A stretch of 64,000 nucleotides of DNA from a virus (Duplodnaviria > Heunggongvirae > Uroviricota > Caudoviricetes): IMG/VR virus record IMGVR_UViG_3300029186_000001. One strand, written 5' to 3'. A program made the translations under genes and the position numbers. The notes below the pieces were generated by a model that was not told where the DNA came from, did not search any database, and was given only the letters and a program-made list of their open reading frames with translations. Positions 41,101-51,631 of this stretch are shown piece by piece; within the stretch, counting starts at the first letter, position 1, and every line of letters begins with the position of its first letter.

Positions 41101-42807
41101 TTGAGTAACTTACGCGAATACCAGAATCGTATTGCAGATATCGCAAAACGCTCTAAAGCTGTGCTTGGCTGGGCAAGCACTGCGCAGTTCGGTACTGATA
41201 ACCAATTCATTAAAGATGATGCCGCGCGTGCCGCATCTATCCTTGAAGCTGCACGTAAAGACCCAATTTTTGCGGGTATCTCTGATAATGCCACCGCTCA
41301 AATCGCTACAGCGTGGGCAAGTGCACTGGCTGACTACGCCGCAACACATAAATCTATGCCACGTCCGGAAATTCTGGCCTCCTGCCATCAGACGCTGGAA
41401 AACTGCCTGATTGAGTCCACCCGCAATAGCATGGACGCCACCAATAAAGCGATGCTGGAATCAGTCGCGGCAGAGATGATGAGTGTTTCTGACGGGGTTA
41501 TGCGTCTGCCTTTATTCTTGGCGATGATCCTGCCTGTTCAGTTGGGGGCAGCTACCGCTGATGCGTGTACATTCATTCCGGTTACGCGTGACAAGTCCGA
41601 AATCTATGAAATCTTTAACGTAGCGGGTTCTTCTTTTGGCTCCTATGCTATTGGTGATGTTCTGGACATGCAATCCGTTGGCGTGTACAGCCAGTTGCGC
41701 CGCCGCTATGTGCTGGTTACAAGCTCCGACGGCACCAGCAAAACTGCAACCTTCAAGATGGAAGATGTCGAAGGTCAGAATGTCCCGATTCGCAAAGGTC
41801 GCACAAACATCTACGTTAACCGTATTAAGTCTGTTGTTGATAACGGCTCCGGTACTCTGCTTCACACATTCAATAACAAAGCAGGCGAACAAATCACTGT
41901 TACTTGCTCTTTGAATTACAACGTTGGTCAGATTGCCCTGTCGTTCTCCAAAGCGCCGGATAAAGGCACTGAGATCGCCATTGAGGCGGAGATCAATATA
42001 GAAGCAGCTCCTGAGCTGATCCCACTTATCAACCACGAAATGAAGAGTTACACCCTGTTCCCAAACCAGTTCGTCATCGCGGCTGAGCACACGGTACAGG
42101 CGGCGTATGAAGCACAGCGTGAATTTGGTCTGGATCTTGGCTCCCTACAGTTCCGCACCCTGAAGGAATACCTGTCCCATGAGCAAGATATGCTTCGTCT
42201 TCGTATCATGATTTGGCGAACTCTTGCGACCGACTCCTTTGATATTGCACTACCAGCTAACCAGACCTTTGATGTGTGGGCAACCATCATTCGAGGCAAA
42301 TTCCAGACGGTATATCGCGGTATTATTGAGCGTGTTAAATCTTCTGGTGCGATGGGGATGTATGCCGGTGCTGATGCGGCATCTTTCTTCAAACAATTGC
42401 CGAAGGATTTCTTCCAGCCAGCAGAAGATTACATCCAGACCCCATACGTCCACTACATTGGCACTCTGTTCGGCAACGTCAAAGTGTTCGAAGTACCAGA
42501 AGGTATTTGTACGAACCTGACCGCCGACGGTATCCAGTTCAGCCCAATGGATGTGCTGTGCTACGTCCGTGATGAAAATCCGGGCAAAGCGGGCTTCGTA
42601 ACTGGTGATGCAGTCCCGGCTGTCCCATTCCAGCATCCGACCACCCCGGCACTAGTCAACCGAACCACTCTGTGGGGTTCGGCTATCAACGATATGCATC
42701 CACGCAACGGTGCTGACTACTTCACCCGTGTAACTCTGACTATGGCAAAAAATGGCGGAATTAACTTCCTGACCGGTAACACGATTGATGCTGGTGACTC
42801 TGAGTAA
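41101..42807 (+). CDS. Major head protein candidate (568 aa from TTG at 41101)
   Basis: Large ORF after a candidate late promoter, AGGAAG RBS before the TTG; assigned by size and synteny, fold not verifiable by eye. Confidence 0.45.
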   Translation: MSNLREYQNRIADIAKRSKAVLGWASTAQFGTDNQFIKDDAARAASILEAARKDPIFAGISDNATAQIATAWASALADYAATHKSMPRPEILASCHQTLENCLIESTRNSMDATNKAMLESVAAEMMSVSDGVMRLPLFLAMILPVQLGAATADACTFIPVTRDKSEIYEIFNVAGSSFGSYAIGDVLDMQSVGVYSQLRRRYVLVTSSDGTSKTATFKMEDVEGQNVPIRKGRTNIYVNRIKSVVDNGSGTLLHTFNNKAGEQITVTCSLNYNVGQIALSFSKAPDKGTEIAIEAEINIEAAPELIPLINHEMKSYTLFPNQFVIAAEHTVQAAYEAQREFGLDLGSLQFRTLKEYLSHEQDMLRLRIMIWRTLATDSFDIALPANQTFDVWATIIRGKFQTVYRGIIERVKSSGAMGMYAGADAASFFKQLPKDFFQPAEDYIQTPYVHYIGTLFGNVKVFEVPEGICTNLTADGIQFSPMDVLCYVRDENPGKAGFVTGDAVPAVPFQHPTTPALVNRTTLWGSAINDMHPRNGADYFTRVTLTMAKNGGINFLTGNTIDAGDSE

Positions 42808-42833
42808 TCAGGGGAAGCTCTCCGTTTAACATA

Positions 42834-42852
42834 GCGCCCCCGCGCGGGGCGC
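42834..42852 (+). promoter_or_regulatory. GC-rich hairpin between head and sheath candidate genes
   Basis: GCGCCCC / GGGGCGC stem with 5-nt loop, no T-tract; possible attenuator. Confidence 0.3.
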
Positions 42853-42867
42853 ATAACAGGGAAAGTT

Positions 42868-44457
42868 ATGTCTCAATATTCAATTCAACAGTCATTAGGT
42901 AATGCATCCGGCGTCGCGGTTAGCCCGATCAATGCCGATGCGACGTTATCTACCGGTGTTGCATTAAATAGCAGCTTGTGGGCTGGTATTGGCGTATTTG
43001 TGCGTGGCAAGCCGTTTACTGTTCTTGCGGTTACTGAGTCCAATTACGAAGATGTTCTTGGCGAACCGCTGAAGCCGTCTTCCGGCTCACAGTTTGAACC
43101 AATTCGCCATGTGTACGAAGCTATTCAGCAAACGTCTGGTTATGTTGTCCGTGCTGTTCCGGATGATGCGAAGTTCCCGATTATTATGTTCGATGAATCA
43201 GGCGAACCGGCTAACAGTGCGTTGCCATACGGTTCTGAAATTGAACTTGATAGCGGCGAAGCCTTTGCTATCTACGTTGATGATGGTGATCCGTGTATTT
43301 CACCTACCCGTGAGTTAACCATCGAAACGGCAACAGCGGACAGCGCGGGTAATGAACGCTTCCTCTTAAAACTGACCCAGACGACTTCGCTCGGTGTGGT
43401 AACGACCCTGGAGACACACACTGTGTCTTTGGCGGAAGAAGCGAAAGATGACATGGGCCGCTTGTGTTATCTGCCTACGGCTCTGGAAGCCCGTTCTAAA
43501 TATCTGCGTGCGGTTGTTAATGAAGAGCTGATTTCTACAGCGAAAGTAACAAATAAAAAATCGGTGGCATTCACTGGCGGTACCAATGGCGATCAGTCGA
43601 AAATCTCAACCGCTGCTTACCTGCGTGCGGTTAAAGTGCTGAATAATGCGCCGTACATGTACACCGCTGTTCTTGGCCTGGGCTGCTATGACAATGCGGC
43701 TATCACCGCATTAGGTAAAATCTGTGCAGATCGCCTGATTGATGGCTTCTTTGATGTCAAACCGACATTAAGGTACGCAGAAGCACTAACAGCTGTTGAG
43801 GGTACCGGTTTACTTGGTACCGATTATGTAAGCTGTTCTGTCTATCACTACCCGTTCTCCTGCAAAGACAAATGGACCCAATCCCGTGTGGTCTTCGGTC
43901 TGTCTGGCGCGGCGTATGCGGCGAAAGCTCGTGGCGTCAAGAAAAACTCTGATGTCGGCGGTTGGCATTACTCACCGGCTGGTGAAGAACGTGCCGTCAT
44001 TGCTCGTGCGTCAATTCAACCGCTGTATCCGGAAGATACCCCGGACGAAGAAGCAATGGTCAAGGGCCGTCTCAATAAAGTATCTGTTGGCACCTCTGGC
44101 CAGATGATCATCGACGATGCTTTAACTTGCTGCACGCAGGATAACTATCTGCACTTCCAGCACGTCCCATCCCTGATGAATGCAATCAGTCGTTTCTTTG
44201 TCCAGTTAGCCCGACAGATGAAGCATAGCCCGGACGGTATTACTGCGGCTGGCCTGACTAAAGGGATGACCAAACTTTTAGATCGCTTTGTCGCCTCCGG
44301 CGCTCTGGTGGCTCCTCGTGATCCCGATGCTGACGGTACAGAACCGTATGTGCTGAAAGTTACGCAGGCGGAATTCGATAAATGGGAAGTAGTCTGGGCC
44401 TGCTGCCCGACTGGCGTAGCCCGTCGTATCCAGGGCGTACCGCTGCTTATTAAGTAA
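42868..44457 (+). CDS. Tail sheath protein candidate (529 aa)
   Basis: Size and position after the head gene; no motif confirmed. Confidence 0.45.
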   Translation: MSQYSIQQSLGNASGVAVSPINADATLSTGVALNSSLWAGIGVFVRGKPFTVLAVTESNYEDVLGEPLKPSSGSQFEPIRHVYEAIQQTSGYVVRAVPDDAKFPIIMFDESGEPANSALPYGSEIELDSGEAFAIYVDDGDPCISPTRELTIETATADSAGNERFLLKLTQTTSLGVVTTLETHTVSLAEEAKDDMGRLCYLPTALEARSKYLRAVVNEELISTAKVTNKKSVAFTGGTNGDQSKISTAAYLRAVKVLNNAPYMYTAVLGLGCYDNAAITALGKICADRLIDGFFDVKPTLRYAEALTAVEGTGLLGTDYVSCSVYHYPFSCKDKWTQSRVVFGLSGAAYAAKARGVKKNSDVGGWHYSPAGEERAVIARASIQPLYPEDTPDEEAMVKGRLNKVSVGTSGQMIIDDALTCCTQDNYLHFQHVPSLMNAISRFFVQLARQMKHSPDGITAAGLTKGMTKLLDRFVASGALVAPRDPDADGTEPYVLKVTQAEFDKWEVVWACCPTGVARRIQGVPLLIK

Positions 44458-44466
44458 GGGAATACA

Positions 44467-45282
44467 ATGAGCAAAAACTTTTTTCAATCCGGGGCATTTT
44501 TGGGGAATGGACTGTCCCGTTTCGCTTTGAACTCTGATCCTGTGCAGCTGATGGAGTCTGCCCGAGCAAGCGCCGAACCGCCAACAGATCCGGTTATTAA
44601 TAATAATCCGGAACCGGCGGCACAGACTAACGATAACGTTCCATCTGCCCCGGCTCCAGAGCAAATCCTGGAAGGGAAAGACGGTAAAGAATGGACCGTC
44701 GAACAGGCGCACCAGATGATTCTGGAAGCTGCAAATCGAAGTGCTATGCAGAATGCGTTGAGTGATGCGGCCGACGCCGTTTTCTCCTGGGCTGATAGCG
44801 GTGATCTGACTTTCGACTCCCTTGATGGTTTCGTTCAGGCTATCGCTGGTATCTCTGATGACGACGACTCCGAAGTTACAGAAGAACAGGACGATGCCTA
44901 TAACGAAGCATGGGCAAATGTTGCTGACTTCCTCGCAGCATGCGGTGTAGATGATGACCTGATCGAAGCACTGGCTGACGATGAAGACGACGACGCTGCT
45001 GCTGATGTTGGTGCCTCTATCGCTGGTTTAGATAGCGACGACCGCGACGAACTGGAAGCGGCGTTTGTTGTTGCTGGCACTTCTGATGAAATGCTGACTG
45101 AAGCATTTAAGAAGGTTGTTCGTAACGGTGAGATCAAACTCATCCGTAAACGCCTGCGTAAAAAACGTCTGACTGCGGCTCAAAAATCGGCGCTGAAAAA
45201 AGCGCGTCGAAAAGCCCAGACCGGCGCGGCAAAACTTGCCCGCAAAAAGTCAATGAAACTGCGCCGTAAGCGCCTTGGCTAA
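44467..45282 (+). CDS. Acidic protein with strongly basic C-terminal tail (271 aa)
   Basis: Asp/Glu-rich core followed by a Lys/Arg-rich C-terminus. Confidence 0.55.
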   Translation: MSKNFFQSGAFLGNGLSRFALNSDPVQLMESARASAEPPTDPVINNNPEPAAQTNDNVPSAPAPEQILEGKDGKEWTVEQAHQMILEAANRSAMQNALSDAADAVFSWADSGDLTFDSLDGFVQAIAGISDDDDSEVTEEQDDAYNEAWANVADFLAACGVDDDLIEALADDEDDDAAADVGASIAGLDSDDRDELEAAFVVAGTSDEMLTEAFKKVVRNGEIKLIRKRLRKKRLTAAQKSALKKARRKAQTGAAKLARKKSMKLRRKRLG

Positions 45283-45289
45283 AGGAGGA

Positions 45290-45310
45290 GGCCGGAGAAC
45301 TCCGGCCTTT
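45290..45310 (+). terminator. Weak terminator-like hairpin
   Basis: GGCCGG / CCGGCC stem followed by TTTAACTT. Confidence 0.35.
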
Positions 45311-45317
45311 AACTTGA

Positions 45318-45899
45318 ATGGCACCTATACCTTATGGGGTTTACAGCCAGGCTGACGGTGTATCGCCATTTCTGAAAGTTACTTTAACGAACTCTCAGTA
45401 CCAGGTTACCGGATATATCAGCCAGGGAGCGGCAATGAACATGGCCCAGAATTGGGAAGCGCCGTTTACCGGTATGTCCATGGGATCTGTTTCTGGTGCT
45501 CTGGGTGGTTTTGTGCAAGTAGGTACTGAAACAACGTCGGTTGCCCGTTGGAATAGCTTAATGGTTTGGGAAGGGGGGACTCCGCCGACGTTCACGCTGC
45601 CTGTAACTTTCATTGCTTTGAACAATCCATTCATTGAAGTTTCAGGCGCTATCGCCGCGTTGACAGCCATGATTAGCCCGGAACTAAAAGCGGCCAATGT
45701 TGGTGGTCGAATCCCGGAGCGCGTGACGCTAAACATTGGTCGCCGGATCAACATCACCGATGTCGCCATCCAGGACTTAAGTTTTGATCTCGATGCGCCA
45801 AGGGACAGTAATGGATATTTCCTGAAAAACACCGTCAACCTCCAGTTGACCGGTTCTTCGATATATAACAGCTCCGATATTGTTCGGGCGTTCCAGTAA
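45318..45899 (+). CDS. Structural-operon protein (193 aa)
   Basis: ORF. Confidence 0.5.
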   Translation: MAPIPYGVYSQADGVSPFLKVTLTNSQYQVTGYISQGAAMNMAQNWEAPFTGMSMGSVSGALGGFVQVGTETTSVARWNSLMVWEGGTPPTFTLPVTFIALNNPFIEVSGAIAALTAMISPELKAANVGGRIPERVTLNIGRRINITDVAIQDLSFDLDAPRDSNGYFLKNTVNLQLTGSSIYNSSDIVRAFQ

Positions 45900-45910
45900 A
45901 AGGATTTTAT

Positions 45911-46420
45911 ATGGGGCACAATAACACTAAGGGAAACCGTAAATTTATTAAGGGCCGCTATACTGCCAACGCGGCCAAAGGCGAACGACTGGTATCTTCT
46001 GAATTCCAGCTCACTTTTGCAGGCCATGAAGATATCAGCGTACTGGTTCGCACGTCGCAAATCCCTGAAATGACACGCGAGGATGTGGAGGACTATGGTC
46101 CGAATGGTGTGAAGTTCAACCAGCACGGACCAATTCGAAACTCTGGGGAAATCCAGGTCCAGTGCGTGGAGACTATCGAAGGCGATATTCTTCAGTTCAT
46201 CAAGGATCGCATTGCGGCGAAGGACTATGTTGATATCACGATGGCTGCTACCCCTGAATCCAAATCTTCCGGGGTTAACGCTGTGACAAAAGCTGCTACA
46301 ACAATTGAAATGTTGGACTGCAAAATCTACAGTGATGCAATCGACTTTAGTACCGAAGATGTGACTGCCGCTGTGCGCCCGTCACTTCGTATCGTCTACA
46401 ACTGGATTGAGTGGGATTAA
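45911..46420 (+). CDS. Structural-operon protein (169 aa)
   Basis: ORF. Confidence 0.5.
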   Translation: MGHNNTKGNRKFIKGRYTANAAKGERLVSSEFQLTFAGHEDISVLVRTSQIPEMTREDVEDYGPNGVKFNQHGPIRNSGEIQVQCVETIEGDILQFIKDRIAAKDYVDITMAATPESKSSGVNAVTKAATTIEMLDCKIYSDAIDFSTEDVTAAVRPSLRIVYNWIEWD

Positions 46421-46439
46421 GAGTCATCCCTTGTATTTT

Positions 46440-46463
46440 AAAGCTCCTTCGGGAGCTTTTTTT
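46440..46463 (+). terminator. Intrinsic terminator
   Basis: AAAGCTCC-TTCG-GGAGCTTT hairpin followed by TTTTTTTA. Confidence 0.7.
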
Positions 46464-46591
46464 ATAACTATTTTATATAAGAATGCATCGATAACATTGT
46501 CTTGAGTTTTATGTTAGATTATTAATGTTCTAATAAACTACAATTATTGAGGTAGATGTTTGTGCCTGTACTGTTAAAGGGGGACTCTAAA

Positions 46592-47188
46592 ATGGCTGTG
46601 ATTCCAATGTCGTACTCCCCGGGTACTGTCGCTCGTCGATTTTCGATCCTGGACGGAGTTACCATCCAGGGTGTGCTTTACCAGGTTATATGGGATTCCA
46701 AAACCCCATTTGCAGCTGTAATAGAGGCTGCGCCTTCTGTTATCGATGGTGATATGCGCCATAAGGTTGTCGCTACTCTTGAACTTCAACGTCGCCCGCA
46801 GCTTGAAGGCGTACTGGTAAGGAAGTTCTGGGAGGATAGCGATGTTGCCCAGATTGAAGGTATCGTGGTTGATGGAACCGTCCGGGATGTCGGTTTAGCT
46901 ACTTTTGTTTACGAAACCGTAGCCTCAAAAGCTGGTGTTGTTTTGCTCAGTGATAATGAGCAATACGAAGGTGGAAAAGCTCTTTGGCAACACATCGCCC
47001 GTCGCTCTTCCGAGCTAAAAGTGTTTATCCTCGACACCGATGCCGCTCAGTATTACCCGTTTGACGGCGAACGTGTTTGCTATGACGGGGTAAGTATTCC
47101 TGAATCCGAGATATGGAGTGAACACCCAGATCGAAGTAAGCATGGGGTTGTTCTGGTCGCTGAATCCATAATTGGAAAGGCGGCATAG
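46592..47188 (+). CDS. Hypothetical protein (198 aa from ATG at 46592)
   Basis: AAGGGGG RBS 8 nt before the internal ATG; a weak C1-operator-like 17-mer at 46524-46540 (13/17) lies upstream. Confidence 0.5.
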   Translation: MAVIPMSYSPGTVARRFSILDGVTIQGVLYQVIWDSKTPFAAVIEAAPSVIDGDMRHKVVATLELQRRPQLEGVLVRKFWEDSDVAQIEGIVVDGTVRDVGLATFVYETVASKAGVVLLSDNEQYEGGKALWQHIARRSSELKVFILDTDAAQYYPFDGERVCYDGVSIPESEIWSEHPDRSKHGVVLVAESIIGKAA

Positions 47189-47370
47189 CAGTAAAAAATT
47201 CCTTGCTCCTAAAAAGGGGAGAGGGCTAATCTACGTATGCTAAGCATAGATATGGCCTCAGATTAATGTTAAGCGTCTTGCAGGACGCGTAATGTTATCT
47301 GGGGCTTTCTTCTATCTGCTTGTCGGGTAATGCCTGAAGCAGATAGCCTCAAGCACCCGCAGCGATTGTA

Positions 47371-47697
47371 TCAATGTCTGGCTTTTTTTCTATAGAAATC
47401 ACCTGGAAGGGTGAATATCCACATCAGAAGAAATGTTGCAGCAAACATGATCCCTAATGGCCAGACCGCGCCAAAGAAAATCCATACTAAGATCTCCTCT
47501 GCTCGTTCTTTGCGGTCGATATCGACAAGCATTTTTCGGCTGATCATGTATACACAGAAGCCAATACAAACATATCCTGCAAAAGCGATCGCTAACTGTA
47601 AAAAATCAGATTGCATCTCCGACCTCAAACTGAAAACGCCAGGTGACTCCAGATTAGAGCAATCTATCACCCTCTGAATCCTGCCGGTATACCCCAT
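47371..47697 (-). CDS. Small membrane protein candidate (108 aa or shorter)
   Basis: Two hydrophobic helices; overlaps the repL 3-prime end by 31 nt, so start uncertain. Confidence 0.3.
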   Translation of the reverse strand: MGYTGRIQRVIDCSNLESPGVFSLRSEMQSDFLQLAIAFAGYVCIGFCVYMISRKMLVDIDRKERAEEILVWIFFGAVWPLGIMFAATFLLMWIFTLPGDFYRKKARH

Positions 47698-48512
47698 TTT
47701 TCGTTATCTTTATTTTTGGCTAAAACCGCATTAAGAGCTTCGTTTACCGTCATGCAATGCGGCAAATTATCGAAGTTTGATACCCCGCCAATATCAGGAG
47801 AACGCTTGTTCTTCAGGTAAGCATATTTCCGCGCTGCCGCCTCTACTTTCTGCTTGAACTCATGTTTTTGTGCGCGTTTTTTGGATAACCGCAGATTGTC
47901 AGCCTTTGCTTTTGTCTCAGCGATCCATGAAGTCAATTTTTTGAGTCTGCTCGTTCCGGCACCGCCGGAAACTGATCTTTTTGTTTTTTTAACTTGTGAC
48001 TTCTTATTCTTTATTGCCACGTCATCCTGACAGGGGGAGGGGGTATCATTTTGACATGGGGGTGTGGATAAAAAATTAAATAAAGCCAATGTCTTAGCGA
48101 GAACAGCTTTAACCTTGGTTGCCGCTGAAGAGATCTTTAATTTGCTTTCAATCAGCGCATTTTTGGCTTGTTGTGCGAAGGCCAAAAAGGATGGTGTAAA
48201 CCGGTACAGGTTAGCGCGACGTTCACGGTGATCGCCGATAACAATCTCTACAGACAGGATTCCTTTGTTTACAGCTTCACGGAATGCACGAACGACGGTT
48301 GATTGGCTATAACCAGTTTCTGCCGCGATCAGGCGGTGAGGCTTGTGAATGAAGTATTCACTGGTTGTTGCCGCGAGATTTGCACATTGCGACAGGATAT
48401 GCCCGGCGCTACGGGATAGACCGGAGTGTGTTACAAAGCAGGCCAATTCATAGCCAGAAAAAGTAAAATCGCTCATCGTTATACAGCTCAGGAAAGTGAC
48501 TTTAGCCAGCAT
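47667..48512 (-). CDS. repL: RepL lytic replication protein (281 aa)
   Basis: Downstream of kilA in a C1-operator-controlled operon; sequence consistent with P1 RepL as I recall it. Confidence 0.8.
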   Translation of the reverse strand: MLAKVTFLSCITMSDFTFSGYELACFVTHSGLSRSAGHILSQCANLAATTSEYFIHKPHRLIAAETGYSQSTVVRAFREAVNKGILSVEIVIGDHRERRANLYRFTPSFLAFAQQAKNALIESKLKISSAATKVKAVLAKTLALFNFLSTPPCQNDTPSPCQDDVAIKNKKSQVKKTKRSVSGGAGTSRLKKLTSWIAETKAKADNLRLSKKRAQKHEFKQKVEAAARKYAYLKNKRSPDIGGVSNFDNLPHCMTVNEALNAVLAKNKDNEKWGIPAGFRG

Positions 48513-48541
48513 TACAATGCTGGTGGTTCTTACTACGTCTG

Positions 48542-49342
48542 TTAGCGCGTTGCCGCGACAGGTACCAGCACACCAGCATCAAGCAATCGCTTCATCAGCC
48601 ACTGCTGACCTTTGCCGGTTATACGAGTCGTGAAAGAAATCCTGCTTCCATTGCTTGTATCGATCACGGTTTCTTTAAGGGTGAAATACCCACGGGATAT
48701 GTATTCTTGTTTGGGGACGTTCCTGCGTTCACCGGTTGCGATCAGAATTCCGTTATCACGCAACCAGGTGAAGAGATAGTTTTGGCCCAGGCCGAGCACT
48801 TTGGCATAGTTGCCGATTAGAACCCCGCTGGCGGTAGCAACGCGTTCAGCGAATTCGACTTTAGGTGCATCCATAAGCATTTTTTGCTCCAGCCGTTGCT
48901 TTTGCTCTGCCAGGTCGGCAGCCAAACGGAGAGCTTCAGGGAGACTCTGCGGAATAGCAGGTTGTAATCTTCCGGTTCGATAGTCGATAAATGTCTGGTT
49001 TACCTTCAGCCGAAACGCGGGAGAAATCCAGCCTGCGTACTCCACAGCGAGCAATTCATGGGCAAAAGTGCCGCCGCCACGGCCTTCGAACGAAACTATG
49101 CAATTCTGCATAGTTTCTTTTTCAAGCTCTTCGATGAGCTGTTTAGCTGACAGCGTTCTTAGCCATTGAGCTGGCGCTTTATGGGCACCGAGTCCGCTCG
49201 CTCTGTGTAGAGCATTAAGGTTGTAACGGCCAGCGCGGTCGGTCGTAATTTCAACACCACAAATAACGGGCAGAGTGGTTGAAGGATCGACATTTTGATG
49301 AAGGTTTGATATATTCATATCCGCATTGAATGTTTGTTGCAT
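48542..49342 (-). CDS. kilA: KilA (KilA-N domain protein, 266 aa)
   Basis: KilA-N-like segment RYNLNALHRASGLGAHKAPAQWLR; C-terminal domain shared with Ant. Confidence 0.8.
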   Translation of the reverse strand: MQQTFNADMNISNLHQNVDPSTTLPVICGVEITTDRAGRYNLNALHRASGLGAHKAPAQWLRTLSAKQLIEELEKETMQNCIVSFEGRGGGTFAHELLAVEYAGWISPAFRLKVNQTFIDYRTGRLQPAIPQSLPEALRLAADLAEQKQRLEQKMLMDAPKVEFAERVATASGVLIGNYAKVLGLGQNYLFTWLRDNGILIATGERRNVPKQEYISRGYFTLKETVIDTSNGSRISFTTRITGKGQQWLMKRLLDAGVLVPVAATR

Positions 49343-49411
49343 TTTTTCTCCAAATTTGCATCAACCTTCAATCACCAGCTCGAAATGGTGATTCTTTGCA
49401 CTTAGAAAACG

Positions 49412-49428
49412 AAATTTATTAGAGCAAA
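49412..49428 (-). promoter_or_regulatory. C1 operator-like 17-mer (16/17), Op53-type
   Basis: AAATTTATTAGAGCAAA ~70 nt upstream of kilA. Confidence 0.6.
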
Positions 49429-49506
49429 TTTTTTTGGCTCGATCCAGATCGGGTTGGACGATCTGCTCAGAAACCTGCCAGTTTGCTGGCAGGTTTTTTT
49501 CTTTTG

Positions 49507-50916
49507 TTAACCTATTGCTACTGGTTTTAACAAACCAGCATCAAGTAGCTTGCGAGTTAACCACTGCTGGCCTTTACCCGTTAATTGGGGCGTCAGCCGT
49601 ATCTGGTAGCCATTTTCATCATCCAGCACCACTTCTTTCACCGTGAAATACCCGGCGTTAATGTACTGCTGGCGCGGTACGTTTTTGCGCGCACCAAAAG
49701 CCATGAGAATGCCGTTCTGGCGCAACCATGAGAAAAGGGCGTTTTGCTTAAGTCCAACGACCTTTGCAAAGTTCCCGATCAGGATTCCATTAGCCGCTGA
49801 TACCCGGTCGGCAAAATCGACTTTAGGGGCTGCGGCCACCAGCTGTTGATTTAGCTGGTGGGTTTTCTGTTCCAGTAGCTGCTTTTGTTCAGCCAGCTCG
49901 GCAGCCAGGCGCAGAGCTTCGGGAAGCGTCTGGGGGATTGCGACCGGTTGCTGTTCTTTTTGCCGGAAGTAGCTGTCTTCCAGTTTTTCAAAGAATGCCC
50001 ACGCTTGCTCTGTGTCTACGATCTTAGACATGCGTGCCGCTCCGCGTTCGGTCCAGAGTATTAAGGATCTGGTCTTGGGGGAAATTTGCAACTCGCTAAA
50101 AGATAGTCGCAAACTTTTTATCTCATCTCCTTTGATTTTAAAGAAGTGTTTACCCTCTACAAATCGTTCTTCATTGCGATTGTAGTTCTGCTGAATACGA
50201 GTAGGTGTAGTGCCATACCCTCTAGCAAGAGTCTCGGTTGTCACGACGCGTACTCCCTGCCATTCCAGAACGGGAATTTCATCAGGATGATTTTCAACAT
50301 TTATAGGTTCCAATGCCTGAATCATGGTATGTAGCGAACGGCGGACCGCTTTTGACTCGCGCGCGGCAACTCGCAGGGCTTGTTTGTAGGTCATGGTTAT
50401 GACAACCATAGGCGTACCGCCACCTGGCGGCACGGTTGCACTTTTTGTGTAACCGTCCTCACCTTCTAATTCGTCGAGTATTTTTTCGATGAATTTGTTG
50501 TTCCGAACCTCTGGTTCCCCACATAACTTACGCGCTTCATTGACCATCTTTAACAGTGTCTGGCTGTCGATTGTGTCTCCAGTGTTGGAGATAACATTCA
50601 CAGCTGGTGATGGCGTAGCTGAAGCAACAGGTGCTGTTTTTTCAACATTTAAATTATTACCGGTCATTCTATGTGCCTCCTTTCTCATTTCTGCTGCCAC
50701 TGTTGCGTAACGTAGACGTCCTTGTTCAATCAAATAATCCCTGATCTCGGCTATCAGTAGCCTGTTGATCACAGCCTTATCTGTTCGGGTATAAAAACGT
50801 CTGGTTATCATGAAATAGTTAGCAATTGCGCCGGGGATCTCCCGTGTCGGCATACAGGCAGTATGCAAGGCGATCGCTTCGGCTATTTCATTACGGGTGA
50901 CGAGAGGTGTTTTCAT
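49507..50916 (-). CDS. ant: Ant antirepressor (469 aa)
   Basis: Downstream of the c4 region and icd; C-terminal ~110 aa homologous to the KilA C-terminus (PQTLPEALRLAAELAEQKQ). Confidence 0.75.
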   Translation of the reverse strand: MKTPLVTRNEIAEAIALHTACMPTREIPGAIANYFMITRRFYTRTDKAVINRLLIAEIRDYLIEQGRLRYATVAAEMRKEAHRMTGNNLNVEKTAPVASATPSPAVNVISNTGDTIDSQTLLKMVNEARKLCGEPEVRNNKFIEKILDELEGEDGYTKSATVPPGGGTPMVVITMTYKQALRVAARESKAVRRSLHTMIQALEPINVENHPDEIPVLEWQGVRVVTTETLARGYGTTPTRIQQNYNRNEERFVEGKHFFKIKGDEIKSLRLSFSELQISPKTRSLILWTERGAARMSKIVDTEQAWAFFEKLEDSYFRQKEQQPVAIPQTLPEALRLAAELAEQKQLLEQKTHQLNQQLVAAAPKVDFADRVSAANGILIGNFAKVVGLKQNALFSWLRQNGILMAFGARKNVPRQQYINAGYFTVKEVVLDDENGYQIRLTPQLTGKGQQWLTRKLLDAGLLKPVAIG

Positions 50917-51134
50917 AAACCCCCCTGAACGTCGGCAGAGAAGGGGAGGCTCCAGTAACTAAGTGAATTGCGCGAGTTAGTTGAAAAACGGGCAGTAAAA
51001 ATGCAGGGGCCATCAGGCAATTGAGAGCGTGCTTCGTCTTCTGTTGCTGCGATAACGAAGTGATAGTGGTGTTTTTGGCAGGAGTAAAAGCGCCAGATAA
51101 ATTCAGGATGAGTAGGGGTAGGGATAGTAGCCAC
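50913..51134 (-). CDS. Icd-like small protein (73 aa, GTG start) overlapping the ant start
   Basis: ORF with AAGGAGG RBS; position and size match the P1 icd gene. Confidence 0.5.
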   Translation of the reverse strand: MATIPTPTHPEFIWRFYSCQKHHYHFVIAATEDEARSQLPDGPCIFTARFSTNSRNSLSYWSLPFSADVQGGL

Positions 51135-51194
51135 AATGGCAGCCTCCTTTTGCTAATTTAAGGAGCTACCGCGTGAGGTTCCAATCTCAATGGC

Positions 51195-51290
51195 GGTAGC
51201 ACTGACTGGGTTGGAACTACCGGCGCAAAAGGGAACCGGCCTGCCTTTCGGCAGCCCAGCCAGCACTACCATTGATCTCGGAGCTATGTG
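51195..51290 (-). ncRNA. c4-type antisense repressor RNA region (approximate bounds)
   Basis: Between operator and icd the transcript carries GTTCCAA (51208-51221 region) complementary to ATTGGAACC elements at 51364-51378 and 51175-51188, fitting the c4 a-prime/b-prime logic; ends not determined. Confidence 0.35.
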
Positions 51291-51468
51291 CTACGTATGG
51301 TTGTGCGATGGCATGACACAAAAAAAGACGCTTTTGGCGTCTATGTCGCCTTTTGCATTATCCGGGGTTCCAATCCCGGCATCCGTTTTACTAAGATGCC
51401 TGTTTAGGATAAACCGAAAATGCATTAGCACGCAAGCAAGTTAATGTAGCATATGAAGCTAAAAAAAT

Positions 51469-51485
51469 AAAATAATTAGAGCAAC
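51469..51485 (-). promoter_or_regulatory. C1 operator-like 17-mer (14/17), Op51-type
   Basis: AAAATAATTAGAGCAAC upstream of the c4-icd-ant operon. Confidence 0.5.
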
Positions 51486-51553
51486 TTGCAACCATGTAAA
51501 TTATTTCTCTGGTAACTAAAATGTATGAGTTTAATTGATATGGGTCAAAGATT

Positions 51554-51582
51554 TTGACCATTGCATGGTGAAACTTTATGCT
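51554..51582 (+). promoter_or_regulatory. Sigma70-like promoter for the AT-rich cassette
   Basis: TTGACC -35, 17-bp spacer, TATGCT -10, ~50 nt upstream of 51632; overlapped by palindrome GGTCAAA-GAT-TTTGACC at 51543-51559. Confidence 0.4.
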
Positions 51583-51631
51583 ACAAAATGTTATTTTAAG
51601 GCGTTTTATCTGTGGCAGGAGATAGTTAATC

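Noticed and set aside
47647-47663. Possible C1 operator at the 3-prime end of repL
   Set aside because: Only the 11-nt core matches (11/17), and it lies at a gene end rather than in a promoter region; too weak to call.
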